Assembly: GCA_965261345.1 (NCBI GenBank)
Contig: OZ253449.1
Span: forward strand, 1,600,001-1,664,000
Direction of reading: 5' to 3'
DNA from: Chloroflexota bacterium
GTDB taxonomy: Bacteria; Chloroflexota; UBA11872; VXNJ01
DNA: 64,000 nt
Shown: positions 8,478-19,246 of the stretch, in pieces
How positions within the stretch are numbered: position 1 is the stretch's first letter
Layout: each line of letters opens with the position of its first letter
Translations under genes and position numbers: made by a program
The notes under the pieces: model-generated
What the model saw: the letters and a program-made list of their open reading frames with translations, nothing else
Told to the model about the DNA's origin: nothing
The model's database searches: none

Positions 8478-9479
8478 TTGATTCTCAATCTGGATGGACC
8501 GATCGCATTCACCATCGCCTGCGTGGTGGCCGTGGCCGCATCGCCATTGATGATCCGAATTGGCACTTCTCTGGGCGTGTTGGACCTGCCTGGTCCGGAT
8601 CGATTGCATCTGAGGCCTGTAGTCCGGCTGGGAGGATTGGCCATTTTCCCGGCATTTTCGATTGCATTGTTTGCGACTGCTGCAGATCCTGGGCAATTTG
8701 TCGGGATTGGAGTTTGCGGGGCGGCAATTACCGCGGTCGGACTGGCCGACGATATATGGCAATTGCGGCCGTTGGCAAAACTGGCAGGCCAGACCGCCGT
8801 GGCGTTGGCGGCGGTTGGGGTAGGAGTGCACATTGCCGGAATTAGCAATCCGTTGGGCGGGATCATTGAACTGCCAACGCCGGTGGGTGGGGTGCTGACA
8901 GTTTTTTGGTTAGTTGGAATGATGAACGCCGTCAACCTGCTAGATGGCCTGGACGGATTAGCGCCCGGAGTTGTATTGGTCGCCGCATCCATAATGGCGA
9001 TCCTTTCGGCGCAATTGGGAGGTGGCCAATTAGTCCTGTTTGGCATAGCGCTTGTGGGAGCTATCTCGGGATTCCTCCCCTTTAACGCATACCAAGCGCG
9101 GCTGATCCTGGGGGATTCCGGTTCACAACTGCTCGGGTTTTTGATCGGCACGCTGGCCGTTCTCGGGCAGGCCAAGATCGGAACCGCACTGCTTGTGCTG
9201 GGAATTCCGATCCTTGATGTTGCCTGGACCATTACGCGGCGCAGACTCAGTGGACGCGGAATAACGGCTCGCGATACCGAGCACCTCCATCACCGCCTGC
9301 TTGCCGTAGGCCTCACGCGCACGCAGGTAACTGTGGTTTATGTATGCCTTTGCTCCGGATTTGGCGCGGCGGCGCTTTTTCTTGAACGAATCGAAAAAGT
9401 TATCGGTCTTGCGGCGCTGGCAATCGTTACCGCCGCACTGCTTTTCATCGGATCACGCGGGAAGCACCGAAGCCGGTGA
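8478..9479 (+). CDS. MraY/WecA-family polyprenyl-phosphate GlcNAc-1-phosphate transferase
   Basis: LGGLAI, GLADD, NAVNLLDGLDGLA, LGDSGS, HLHHRLL; multiple TM segments. Confidence 0.9.
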   Translation: MILNLDGPIAFTIACVVAVAASPLMIRIGTSLGVLDLPGPDRLHLRPVVRLGGLAIFPAFSIALFATAADPGQFVGIGVCGAAITAVGLADDIWQLRPLAKLAGQTAVALAAVGVGVHIAGISNPLGGIIELPTPVGGVLTVFWLVGMMNAVNLLDGLDGLAPGVVLVAASIMAILSAQLGGGQLVLFGIALVGAISGFLPFNAYQARLILGDSGSQLLGFLIGTLAVLGQAKIGTALLVLGIPILDVAWTITRRRLSGRGITARDTEHLHHRLLAVGLTRTQVTVVYVCLCSGFGAAALFLERIEKVIGLAALAIVTAALLFIGSRGKHRSR

Positions 9480-9578
9480 CCAATCCGGAGTCCGACCGGG
9501 TTGATCATTGCCAGCAAAAACGATTCGCGGTCACGGCAATTTCAATTTCTGGCCACGGCGCCTTATATAAATTTCAAG

Positions 9579-9667
9579 TGCCACTTAGGAGTTGACGTCC
9601 GAAGGGAAATTGAAGGCTCATTCCCTTAAATAGACGAAACCGCGATAAAGCCTGGACTCGAATGGCA
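9579..9667 (+). ncRNA. Candidate structured RNA / leader upstream of rpmE
   Basis: Nested pairings TGCCA/TGGCA, GAGTT/GACTC, CGTC/GACG, AAGGGAA/TTCCCTT. A TATAAAT -10-like box lies just upstream. Confidence 0.35.
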
Positions 9668-9759
9668 AATTCCGTTTGCAATTGATCGATTGGCCGGTCG
9701 CTACAGAGGTTGCTTAAAATCGCCCGGCCCGCCAGAAGAAGATTCGCGCACATCTACCC

Positions 9760-10050
9760 ATGAAAACCGGTATCCATCCGCAGCTGTACGATACCCACGT
9801 AACGTGCTCTTGCGGCAACTCGTTTTTGACGCGTGCAACAGTCGAGCGCCTGCAATTGGACATCTGTTCGAATTGCCATCCGTTTTTTACAGGAGCGCAG
9901 AAATTGGTCGACACTCAGGGCCAGGTTGAGCGGTTCCAACAGCGGTTGAATAAGTCGGGTTCCCGTGGTAGCGGCCCCGACAACCGACGATCAGATCTGA
10001 CCGAGGATGATCCGGATTCAAGCGTGGTGGTCGACGCCGCGGCCAGCTGA
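9760..10050 (+). CDS. rpmE: 50S ribosomal protein L31 (zinc-binding type, extended C-terminus)
   Basis: MKTGIHPQ..CSCGN...DICSNCHPFFTG..K.VDT.G.VERF. Confidence 0.95.
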   Translation: MKTGIHPQLYDTHVTCSCGNSFLTRATVERLQLDICSNCHPFFTGAQKLVDTQGQVERFQQRLNKSGSRGSGPDNRRSDLTEDDPDSSVVVDAAAS

Positions 10051-10138
10051 CTGCCAAGGCCTCTACCCTCCAATCCAAGCCAGCAAAGGCTCGGCCAGCC
10101 CAATTCGCCCGTTGGGTAATTTGATTGACTGACCCATC

Positions 10139-11089
10139 ATGAAGGCGACCGCCTACGGCGGCCAGGCAGTCATTGAAGGCGTGATGATGCGCAGCCGATC
10201 GCAATCGGCTACCGCGGTACGCGCGCCTGATGGGTCAATCGTGGTTGAGAGTTCGCCGATTGTCCCTGGGAGATTGGCGCGATCGATGCGCCGCATTCCA
10301 GTCCTTAGAGGGACATTTGCCCTCTGGGACGTATTCGTCTTGGGGGCCCGATCACTTGCGTTCTCAGCGCAAGTGGCAATTGCGGATCCCGAAGATGCCG
10401 ATTCTGACCAATCAGAATCAAAGGGTTACATCGCGCTAATGCTCGCCCTGGGTTTGGGCCTTGGGATTGCGCTGTTTTTTCTGGCTCCGTTGTTTTTGGC
10501 GTCGCTGGCCGACCGCTGGATCGAATCGGACTTTGCCAGCAACGCGGCGGAAGGGCTAATCCGCATTGCGGTTGTGGTCGGATACCTGGCGGCAATTGGA
10601 TTGTTGCCGGACATCTATCGCACGCTTCAATATCACGGTGCCGAGCACAAGACCGTGAACGCAATCGAGGCTCGCCTGCCGCTGACGGTTGAAAACGTCC
10701 AGGCCCAGAGCCTGTTACACCCGCGCTGTGGCACCAGCTTCCTGCTCTTGGTGGTCGTAATTTCAATCATCGGATTCGCGTTGCTGGGCCGACCGGAGAT
10801 CTGGATTCGCCTGGGATCGCGAATCGTACTTATCCCGATCGCTGCCGGGATTGCCTTCGAGGTCATCACCCTGCTGGCAAAGCATCGGGACCGTATCTGG
10901 GCCAAGACCTTGATCGCACCCGGGTTTTGGCTACAGGGCTTAACCACCCGCCGGCCGGATGCTGCCCAGTGTGCGGTGGCGATTGCCGCGATCGCTCCAG
11001 TATTGACCGATGTCGATCGCAATTTACTGGTTCCAGAGATTGAAAAGTCGCCGGCGTCCGGCGATGCTGTGAATCTGCCAACCGCTTAA
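10139..11089 (+). CDS. DUF1385 membrane protein
   Basis: GGQAVIEGVMMR, YHGAEHK, HPRCGTSF; usual position between rpmE and prfA. Confidence 0.9.
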   Translation: MKATAYGGQAVIEGVMMRSRSQSATAVRAPDGSIVVESSPIVPGRLARSMRRIPVLRGTFALWDVFVLGARSLAFSAQVAIADPEDADSDQSESKGYIALMLALGLGLGIALFFLAPLFLASLADRWIESDFASNAAEGLIRIAVVVGYLAAIGLLPDIYRTLQYHGAEHKTVNAIEARLPLTVENVQAQSLLHPRCGTSFLLLVVVISIIGFALLGRPEIWIRLGSRIVLIPIAAGIAFEVITLLAKHRDRIWAKTLIAPGFWLQGLTTRRPDAAQCAVAIAAIAPVLTDVDRNLLVPEIEKSPASGDAVNLPTA

Positions 11090-12178
11090 ATGGACCATCC
11101 TTTAACCGACACATTTACCAATATCAGGTCTCGCAATTCCCTCATCGAGCGGGAGTTGTCCGACCCGGCGACCGCACGGTCGCGTCAAAAAATGACCGAA
11201 CTGGGCAGGGAGCATTCCGATCTTGCGGCAAAGCTGGAATTGATTGATCGAATCGAATCGATTTCAATTCAGCTCGAATCCAACGCGCAGTTGGCGGAGA
11301 CAGATGAGGATCCTGAGATTCGGGAGTTGGCACTGGCTGAAAACGCGGAGTTGGAAGTTGCACGATCGCAGATTAGTGACCAGCTGGCGCTGCTGCTGGC
11401 CCCGCGCGATCCGATGGATGAACGTGATGTCATCGTCGAGATCAGGGCCGGCACTGGCGGTGAGGAGGCCTCGCTGTTTGCCGGCCAACTGCTAAGGATG
11501 TACCAGCGATTTGCCGAGCGCCGGGGACTGGCGTTCGAGGAAATGGGAATCAATCTGTCGCAATCGGGCGGCGTGAAAGAAGCGATCGTGGCGGTGCGTG
11601 GCAAGGGGGCCTTCCGCCAGCTCAAATTTGAGCGTGGTGTTCATCGGGTCCAACGCGTACCAGTGACCGAATCGTCAGGACGGATCCACACCTCGGCCGC
11701 CTCGGTCGCGGTTCTGCCCGAGGCTGAGGAGATCGAGGTAGAGATAGATCCCGAGGAGCTGCGAATCGACGTGTTCCGCTCTTCTGGGCACGGTGGTCAA
11801 TCAGTAAATACCACCGACTCGGCGGTCCGCATAACCCACCTGCCCACCGGGATAACGGTTTCGATGCAGGACGAAAAATCACAACACAAAAATCGAGCCA
11901 AAGCCCTGCGAATCCTCCGGTCGCGTTTGCTTGACCGCGAACGCGAAATTCAGCAAGCCGAACGTGGCGCCAATCGCCGTGACCAGATCGGATCGGGCGA
12001 TCGCAGCGCCAAAATGCGCACCTATAACTTCCCTCAGGACCGCCTCACCGATCACCGCATAGGTTTTTCGCTACACGGCCTGGACGCGATCTTCGACGGG
12101 CGACTAGAGGGTCTACTGTCCGAACTTGAAAAAACCGATCACGCCGAGCGATTAGCGGCGTTAGGTAAGAACGATTGA
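11090..12178 (+). CDS. prfA: Peptide chain release factor 1
   Basis: EIRAGTGGEEA, PVT motif, GGQSVNTTDS, RTYNFPQ. Confidence 0.96.
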   Translation: MDHPLTDTFTNIRSRNSLIERELSDPATARSRQKMTELGREHSDLAAKLELIDRIESISIQLESNAQLAETDEDPEIRELALAENAELEVARSQISDQLALLLAPRDPMDERDVIVEIRAGTGGEEASLFAGQLLRMYQRFAERRGLAFEEMGINLSQSGGVKEAIVAVRGKGAFRQLKFERGVHRVQRVPVTESSGRIHTSAASVAVLPEAEEIEVEIDPEELRIDVFRSSGHGGQSVNTTDSAVRITHLPTGITVSMQDEKSQHKNRAKALRILRSRLLDREREIQQAERGANRRDQIGSGDRSAKMRTYNFPQDRLTDHRIGFSLHGLDAIFDGRLEGLLSELEKTDHAERLAALGKND

Positions 12179-13044
12179 CCATCGCCGAGGCATTGCGACA
12201 TGGGAGAGAGGCCCTGCAATTCCTCGGACCAGAGACAGCCGCCCGCGATTCGCAGATCCTGCTCGAACATGCCAGCGGACTTAGTCCTTGGGAACTGATC
12301 GTTGACGGGGACTGTCAAGTCTCACTGCACGCCGAATCGCGTTACGAAAAATCTGTCACGACCCGGGCGATCGGCGTTCCGGTCGAATACTTGATAAGGT
12401 CGACGGGATTTTTCGGCCTCGACCTTGCAGTAGAGACTGGCGTTTACATCCCCAAACCGGAAACCGAGCATTTGGTTGAGGCCGCGTTGGGAATACTTGG
12501 CACCCCGCAGCTGGCTGATATGACCTGGGGGCAATCTGCTCAGACGGCCTTGGTCCACGAAGTCGGAACCGGCAGCGGCGCGATATCAATAGCGATTGCC
12601 CGTCACGCTCCGAATGTCCAAATTTCCGCCAGCGATATATCCGCCAGGGCACTTGAGATCGCCGCGCAAAACGCGAAATCCCATGGGACAGGCGACCATA
12701 TCATGTTTCGTCGCGGTGATCTGCAACTCCCGCTGCCGGGGCAACCTGACATGGTGTTGGCAAATCTCCCGTATATAGATATAGGTAGTTGCGGCCAACT
12801 GTCGACTGAGGTACTGAGCCAGCCGCGAGCGGCGCTGCTGGCCGGCCAAGCCGGATTGGCGACGATCCGACGGCTGGTGGAAAGTCTTCGCATAAAACCT
12901 GGAGGGCACGTGCTGCTTGAGATCGGCTACGACCAGGAATATTCGCTCAGGCGAATGTGCAAATCCCACCCAAATCTTTGCTACCTACGAACGGTCAAGG
13001 ACCTTGCGGGCCACGATCGGGTTGCCGTTATTGCTGCCGGCTAG
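12175..13044 (+). CDS. prmC: Release factor glutamine methyltransferase
   Basis: IPKPETE, GTGSGAI, NLPY, LEIG; directly follows prfA. Confidence 0.9.
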   Translation: MTIAEALRHGREALQFLGPETAARDSQILLEHASGLSPWELIVDGDCQVSLHAESRYEKSVTTRAIGVPVEYLIRSTGFFGLDLAVETGVYIPKPETEHLVEAALGILGTPQLADMTWGQSAQTALVHEVGTGSGAISIAIARHAPNVQISASDISARALEIAAQNAKSHGTGDHIMFRRGDLQLPLPGQPDMVLANLPYIDIGSCGQLSTEVLSQPRAALLAGQAGLATIRRLVESLRIKPGGHVLLEIGYDQEYSLRRMCKSHPNLCYLRTVKDLAGHDRVAVIAAG

Positions 13045-13124
13045 TCGCGATGGGACTACACTGCATTACCGGTGTTTAGAGTCCCAAATACAGAGGTGGA
13101 AATCGTCGCCATACATGGTTTTGA

Positions 13125-14702
<1,578 letters not shown>

Positions 14703-14922
14703 CGTTGGATTGTGGCCGCCGCCCGCATCAATCGTGATTTCCGGTGCGCGGCGCAGGATTGGCAGGATCGAAATTTTTCAATTGCTGTTTCTGGTCGACA
14801 TTTGGAAAAAATCGCCCGCGACGGCAGAACTGCCCACTTACAGAGTTTTCTAAAATCGTTCTTCATCTGCCCGGTTGGGCATGTGTTCTCCTCCTCCTGT
14901 TGATCTGTGCCCAGGATTCCCC

Positions 14923-15384
14923 ATGCCGCCGTCAGTCATTCTTACGCCGAATGGCAAGCTCCAACTCGAAGCCGAGCTGGATACGTTGCTGACCGTCCGT
15001 CGCCCCCAGATTTCGCGGCGAATCGAGGAGCACCAGCGATCTGGCGAACACGAGGGTGGTGGCGAGCACGACATTGCCAAGGATGAGCTGGCCAGGGTCG
15101 AAGGCCGGATTGAAGAAATCCGCGAAATCCTAAATACGGCCACCATCATCGATCAGCATGACTCGACCCGGGTATCGGTCGGGGGTTCGGTCCAGGTACG
15201 CGACGATCAGGGCGGTGAACGCACGTTTACTATCGTCGGTTCGGCCGAGATTGACCCGGTCAACGGCAGGATCTCCAATGATTCGCCCGCCGCCCGCGCC
15301 CTGCTCGGCGCCCAGTCCGGCGACGTGGTCGAATACCGGGCTCCCGGGCGGAAGATCCGCCTCGAGGTGCTTAAGGTCTGGTAG
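14923..15384 (+). CDS. greA: GreA/GreB-family transcription factor with non-canonical acidic tip
   Basis: LT..G...L..EL..L...RR, EGRI..I..IL..A.II, IVGSAE.D...G.IS..SP...ALLG; upstream of lysS. Confidence 0.85.
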   Translation: MPPSVILTPNGKLQLEAELDTLLTVRRPQISRRIEEHQRSGEHEGGGEHDIAKDELARVEGRIEEIREILNTATIIDQHDSTRVSVGGSVQVRDDQGGERTFTIVGSAEIDPVNGRISNDSPAARALLGAQSGDVVEYRAPGRKIRLEVLKVW

Positions 15385-15395
15385 CGCCCGGCCAG

Positions 15396-16868
15396 GTGGC
15401 TGCCACCGAACCCGACCTCGGGACCCAAGATCGACTGATCGCCGAGCGCCGGCGAAAGCTCGAGCTCGTAAGCAATCCGTACCCCGATGGATTCAAAGCA
15501 ACCCACAGCCTGGCCGACGTGCACTCGTTATGGCAACGCGACGGCATGTTGCCCGCCAGCCGGGTCGCCGGACGACTGACCCGGATTTCGAGCTTTGGTG
15601 GTGGCACGTTCGCCGACATTGACTCGGACGGCGCACGATTGCAGCTGCTGCTCTCGCGCAAGGTGCTGGGAGCGATCGAATACGACGAGGTGCTGGCATG
15701 GGCGGACGTTGGCGACATCGTCGGGGTCAGTGGCGAGATGTTTGCCACCCGCACCGGCCAACCGACCCTGCGGGTGGCCGAGGTTGAGCTGCTGGCCAAG
15801 GCGCTTCGCCCGCTGCCGGAGAAATTTCATGGGTTACGTGACGTGCAGACCCGTTACCGACATCGCCACCTCGACCTGATTGCCAATGAGGGTTCGCGTC
15901 GAATATTTAAGGCCCGTACCCAGATCCTGCGCCAGGTCCGCTCCTTCCTGGACGAGCACGGATTTCTGGAGGTCGAAACCCCGACCTTACAACCGATATA
16001 CGGCGGTGCGGCGGCTCAACCATTTACCACCCATTACAACGCCTTGGCGCGTGAATTTTTCCTGCGGATTTCAAACGAGCTGTACTTAAAAAGGCTGGTT
16101 GTGGGAGGAATAGAGCGGGTCTATGAGATCTGCAAGGACTTTCGCAACGAGGGGATCGATAGGACGCACGGTCCCGAATTTACGATGCTGGAGTGTTATC
16201 AGGCCTTTGCCGATTACCGCGACATGATGGAGATAACTGAGCAATTGGTCGCCCGGTCGGCCCACGCGGTCCTGGGTTCGCATGTGGTCAAAGGAGACGA
16301 CGATGCCGAACCGTTGGATTTGTCGCCTCCCTGGCCGCGGGTCAGATTTCGCGATGCGGTGCTTGCCGCCACCGACATTGACATCGAAAAATTTGATAGC
16401 GCCGAGGGGCTGGCCTCTGCAGCGGCCGCCAGGGGACTTAACACTGATCCAGCCCAGGGTGTCGGCAAGGTCTATGACCAAATCCTTGATCAGGCGGTTG
16501 CCCCGGATATCCACAATCCGATCTTCATTTACGAATTTCCGCTCGAATTTGCCCCGCTTGCCAAGCGGGTTCCCGGTTCGGATCGCTACGTTGCCAAGGT
16601 CGAGGCGTTTGCTCGCGGAATGGAAATTGCCAACGGTTACACCGAGCTGACCGATCCGGATGAACAGCGACGCCGGTTTTTGGATCAGCACATGGGCGAC
16701 CCCGACGCTCAACCGATCGATGAAGACTTTATTGCCGCGCTTGAGCAGGGCATGCCTCCGACCGGCGGATTGGGTCTGGGTATCGATCGCCTGGTAATGC
16801 TCGTCACCGGCGCCCGGCACTTTCGCGAAGTGGTCCTTTTTCCACAACTTAGGCCCGAAGGCGATTAG
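15396..16868 (+). CDS. lysS: Lysine--tRNA ligase (class II)
   Basis: LPEKFHGL.D...RYR, EVETP, FRNEGID..H.PEFTMLE, GMPPTGGLGLGIDRL. Confidence 0.96.
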   Translation: MAATEPDLGTQDRLIAERRRKLELVSNPYPDGFKATHSLADVHSLWQRDGMLPASRVAGRLTRISSFGGGTFADIDSDGARLQLLLSRKVLGAIEYDEVLAWADVGDIVGVSGEMFATRTGQPTLRVAEVELLAKALRPLPEKFHGLRDVQTRYRHRHLDLIANEGSRRIFKARTQILRQVRSFLDEHGFLEVETPTLQPIYGGAAAQPFTTHYNALAREFFLRISNELYLKRLVVGGIERVYEICKDFRNEGIDRTHGPEFTMLECYQAFADYRDMMEITEQLVARSAHAVLGSHVVKGDDDAEPLDLSPPWPRVRFRDAVLAATDIDIEKFDSAEGLASAAAARGLNTDPAQGVGKVYDQILDQAVAPDIHNPIFIYEFPLEFAPLAKRVPGSDRYVAKVEAFARGMEIANGYTELTDPDEQRRRFLDQHMGDPDAQPIDEDFIAALEQGMPPTGGLGLGIDRLVMLVTGARHFREVVLFPQLRPEGD

Positions 16869-16871
16869 CGG

Positions 16872-18149
16872 TTGTTCTCGCTTCGCTACCTTCGAGATAA
16901 CCGAGAGCAGGTCGGCGCCGGGCTGGCGGCCAAGGGATATCCGGCCGACGCGCTTGAAGCGATCCTCGAACTTGACCGCCGGCGCCGCCAGGTCCTGGTC
17001 AAGCAGGAACAGTTGCGCCACATCGTGCGATCAACCTCGCGCGCGATCGGGGCGGCGGAAAGTTCTGAGGAATCGGCCGAACTGATCGCAAAAACCCGGG
17101 CGGCATCGGCAGAGTTGGGCCCGCTTGACGATCAAATCGCCCAAATCGGCATGCAACTTGACGATGCCGTCTTGGGACTGCCCAACATCCCGCACGAGTC
17201 CGCTCCGTCGGGCCGGAACGCTTCCGAAAACGTCGTGATCTGCTCCGGTGGGACCAAACGGACGTTCGATTTCGAGCCCTTGACCCACGTCGAATTGGCC
17301 GAATCACTCGGGCTGATTGATTTTGCCCGGGCCGCCAAGCTGGCCGGATCGGGTTTCTGGCTGCACTTTGGGGTCTCGGCCCGCCTGCAGCGCACGCTTT
17401 CTAATTGGATGCTCGATCTGCACACCCAAGACCACGGTTACACCGAGGTCTATCCGCCGGCGCTGGTCCGCGATTCGGCCCTTATCGGGACCGGGCAGTT
17501 GCCCAAGTTTGCCCACGACCAATACCACCTAGAAGATGACCGCCTCTGGCTTATCCCTACCGCCGAGGTCCCGCTCACCAATATCCATGCCAACGAGGTG
17601 CTTTCGGAAGAAGATCTACCGATCAGCTTTGCCGCCCATACGCCCTGTTTTAGGCGCGAAGCCGGGGCTGCCGGTACCGACACTCGCGGTTTGCTTCGGG
17701 TCCATCAGTTCGACAAGGTGGAGTTGGTTCGAATTAGCTCGCCCGATACTGGGTTCACCGAACTGGAGGAGGTTTTGGCCCACGCCCTCAAACCGGTACA
17801 GCTGCTCGATCTTCCGTACCGGGTGATTGAACTTTGTACCGGCGACCTCTCCTCGGCCAGCGCCAAGACCTATGACATCGAGCTGTGGGCTCCGGCCGCG
17901 CGGCGCTGGCTCGAGGTCTCGTCGGTTTCCTGCTTTGGCCAATACCAGTCGCGTCGCATGAACCTGCGTTGCCGCAAGGGATCTGGTGGGCCGATGCGGC
18001 ACCCTTATACCATCAACGGCTCGGGTGTTGCTCTCCCGCGCTTGACCGTGGCGCTGATGGAGAACTGCCAGCTGGCCGATGGGACGATCGAGTTACCAGG
18101 TGTTCTGGCAGAGCGCCTTGGCCAATCAAAAATTACTTCGCGCGTCTAA
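16872..18149 (+). CDS. serS: Serine--tRNA ligase
   Basis: GTGQLPKF, LIPTAEVP, FRREAG, RVHQFDKVE, NGSGVA. Confidence 0.96.
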   Translation: MFSLRYLRDNREQVGAGLAAKGYPADALEAILELDRRRRQVLVKQEQLRHIVRSTSRAIGAAESSEESAELIAKTRAASAELGPLDDQIAQIGMQLDDAVLGLPNIPHESAPSGRNASENVVICSGGTKRTFDFEPLTHVELAESLGLIDFARAAKLAGSGFWLHFGVSARLQRTLSNWMLDLHTQDHGYTEVYPPALVRDSALIGTGQLPKFAHDQYHLEDDRLWLIPTAEVPLTNIHANEVLSEEDLPISFAAHTPCFRREAGAAGTDTRGLLRVHQFDKVELVRISSPDTGFTELEEVLAHALKPVQLLDLPYRVIELCTGDLSSASAKTYDIELWAPAARRWLEVSSVSCFGQYQSRRMNLRCRKGSGGPMRHPYTINGSGVALPRLTVALMENCQLADGTIELPGVLAERLGQSKITSRV

Positions 18150-19246
18150 AGCTCGGGAATCGGGGCTATCGAATCGGTTTTGGTTATATATAGCTCCAGG
18201 ACCTTGAATGACCCCATCTGAATTGGATCGAGCAGGCGCATGACCGCTTCGCGCTCTTCCTCATAGCGCTTGCGGGCAAGGCCTGACCTTTTCTGTAGCG
18301 TCGGCAGGTAATCGCCGATTCCAAGGTCGATTAGGTATTCGGCCTGGGTGCACAGCGGGTCCGATGTAAATCCTAAGGATTGGGCAATTGCGCTAACTTC
18401 GTCGAAATTAACGTGAGCGGTAAGGTCCTGCCGGCCGGGTTCGAAGAGCAGGTCGGTGACAACTTTCATTCCCCGATAGGCGAGCGCGGTTCCTGACCCG
18501 AGGCGCTGCGAATGGACCTGGGCAGCGCTTCCTCCATAGTCGATTAGGATCACCAGCGCTTGATCGGAAAGCTCGCCGATTTGCCGGATTGCCATCGGAA
18601 GACCTGGCCGAAACTCGATCACCCCGCCATTCGGAGTGGAGCCGGCCCAGCGACGGGCGTATTGCTCCAGGGCCGGATCGGACGGGCGGTCAACGAATGC
18701 GAGCTCCTGGCCTGGTCCGGTCCCGACGCACACTTCGACCCAGTCGTCCCCGGCGCGCCGCGCCAGGCGAAACGGCAGGGCGTCAAGGAATTCGTTGGCG
18801 ATAACGACCCGGCAAGGCCTGCGGCCTGCCTCCTCCATAGCAGCGACGAATCGCGCCGCCGGGTGGGCGATCTGGGCCTGCCGTCGTCGCGCCGGACTGA
18901 TTTCAATCCCCACCCATTGCAGCGCCTGGCCCCACGGCAACCCCCCGCTGATTCGAATAACATGACCGGCCAGGGTACCGCGGCCCGATCCGAGATCGAC
19001 CACCGAGAACTTATCTGGGCAACCAAGCTCACGCCAGGCCCGATCCAGCCGGCGGACGAGCATGGCCGCAAACAGCGGGTGGGTCTCGACCGCGGTTCGA
19101 AAATCATTCTCCGGTTGGCCGCCACCCATGTAATAGCCGTAGCGCGGATCGTAAAGCGCGGCGGCCATGAATTTGTCAAAACCGATCGGACCACTGGCGG
19201 CAATTTCGGCCAGCAGCTGGTTTTTTAAGCCGGAGGGAACCCTCAC
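18146..19246 (-). CDS. MidA/NDUFAF7-family SAM-dependent methyltransferase
   Basis: FM..ALY....GYY, DF.TA, DLGSGRGTLA, ANEFLDALP, IDYG, QDLTAHVNF, MG..FKVL. Confidence 0.88.
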   Translation of the reverse strand: MRVPSGLKNQLLAEIAASGPIGFDKFMAAALYDPRYGYYMGGGQPENDFRTAVETHPLFAAMLVRRLDRAWRELGCPDKFSVVDLGSGRGTLAGHVIRISGGLPWGQALQWVGIEISPARRRQAQIAHPAARFVAAMEEAGRRPCRVVIANEFLDALPFRLARRAGDDWVEVCVGTGPGQELAFVDRPSDPALEQYARRWAGSTPNGGVIEFRPGLPMAIRQIGELSDQALVILIDYGGSAAQVHSQRLGSGTALAYRGMKVVTDLLFEPGRQDLTAHVNFDEVSAIAQSLGFTSDPLCTQAEYLIDLGIGDYLPTLQKRSGLARKRYEEEREAVMRLLDPIQMGSFKVLELYITKTDSIAPIPEL

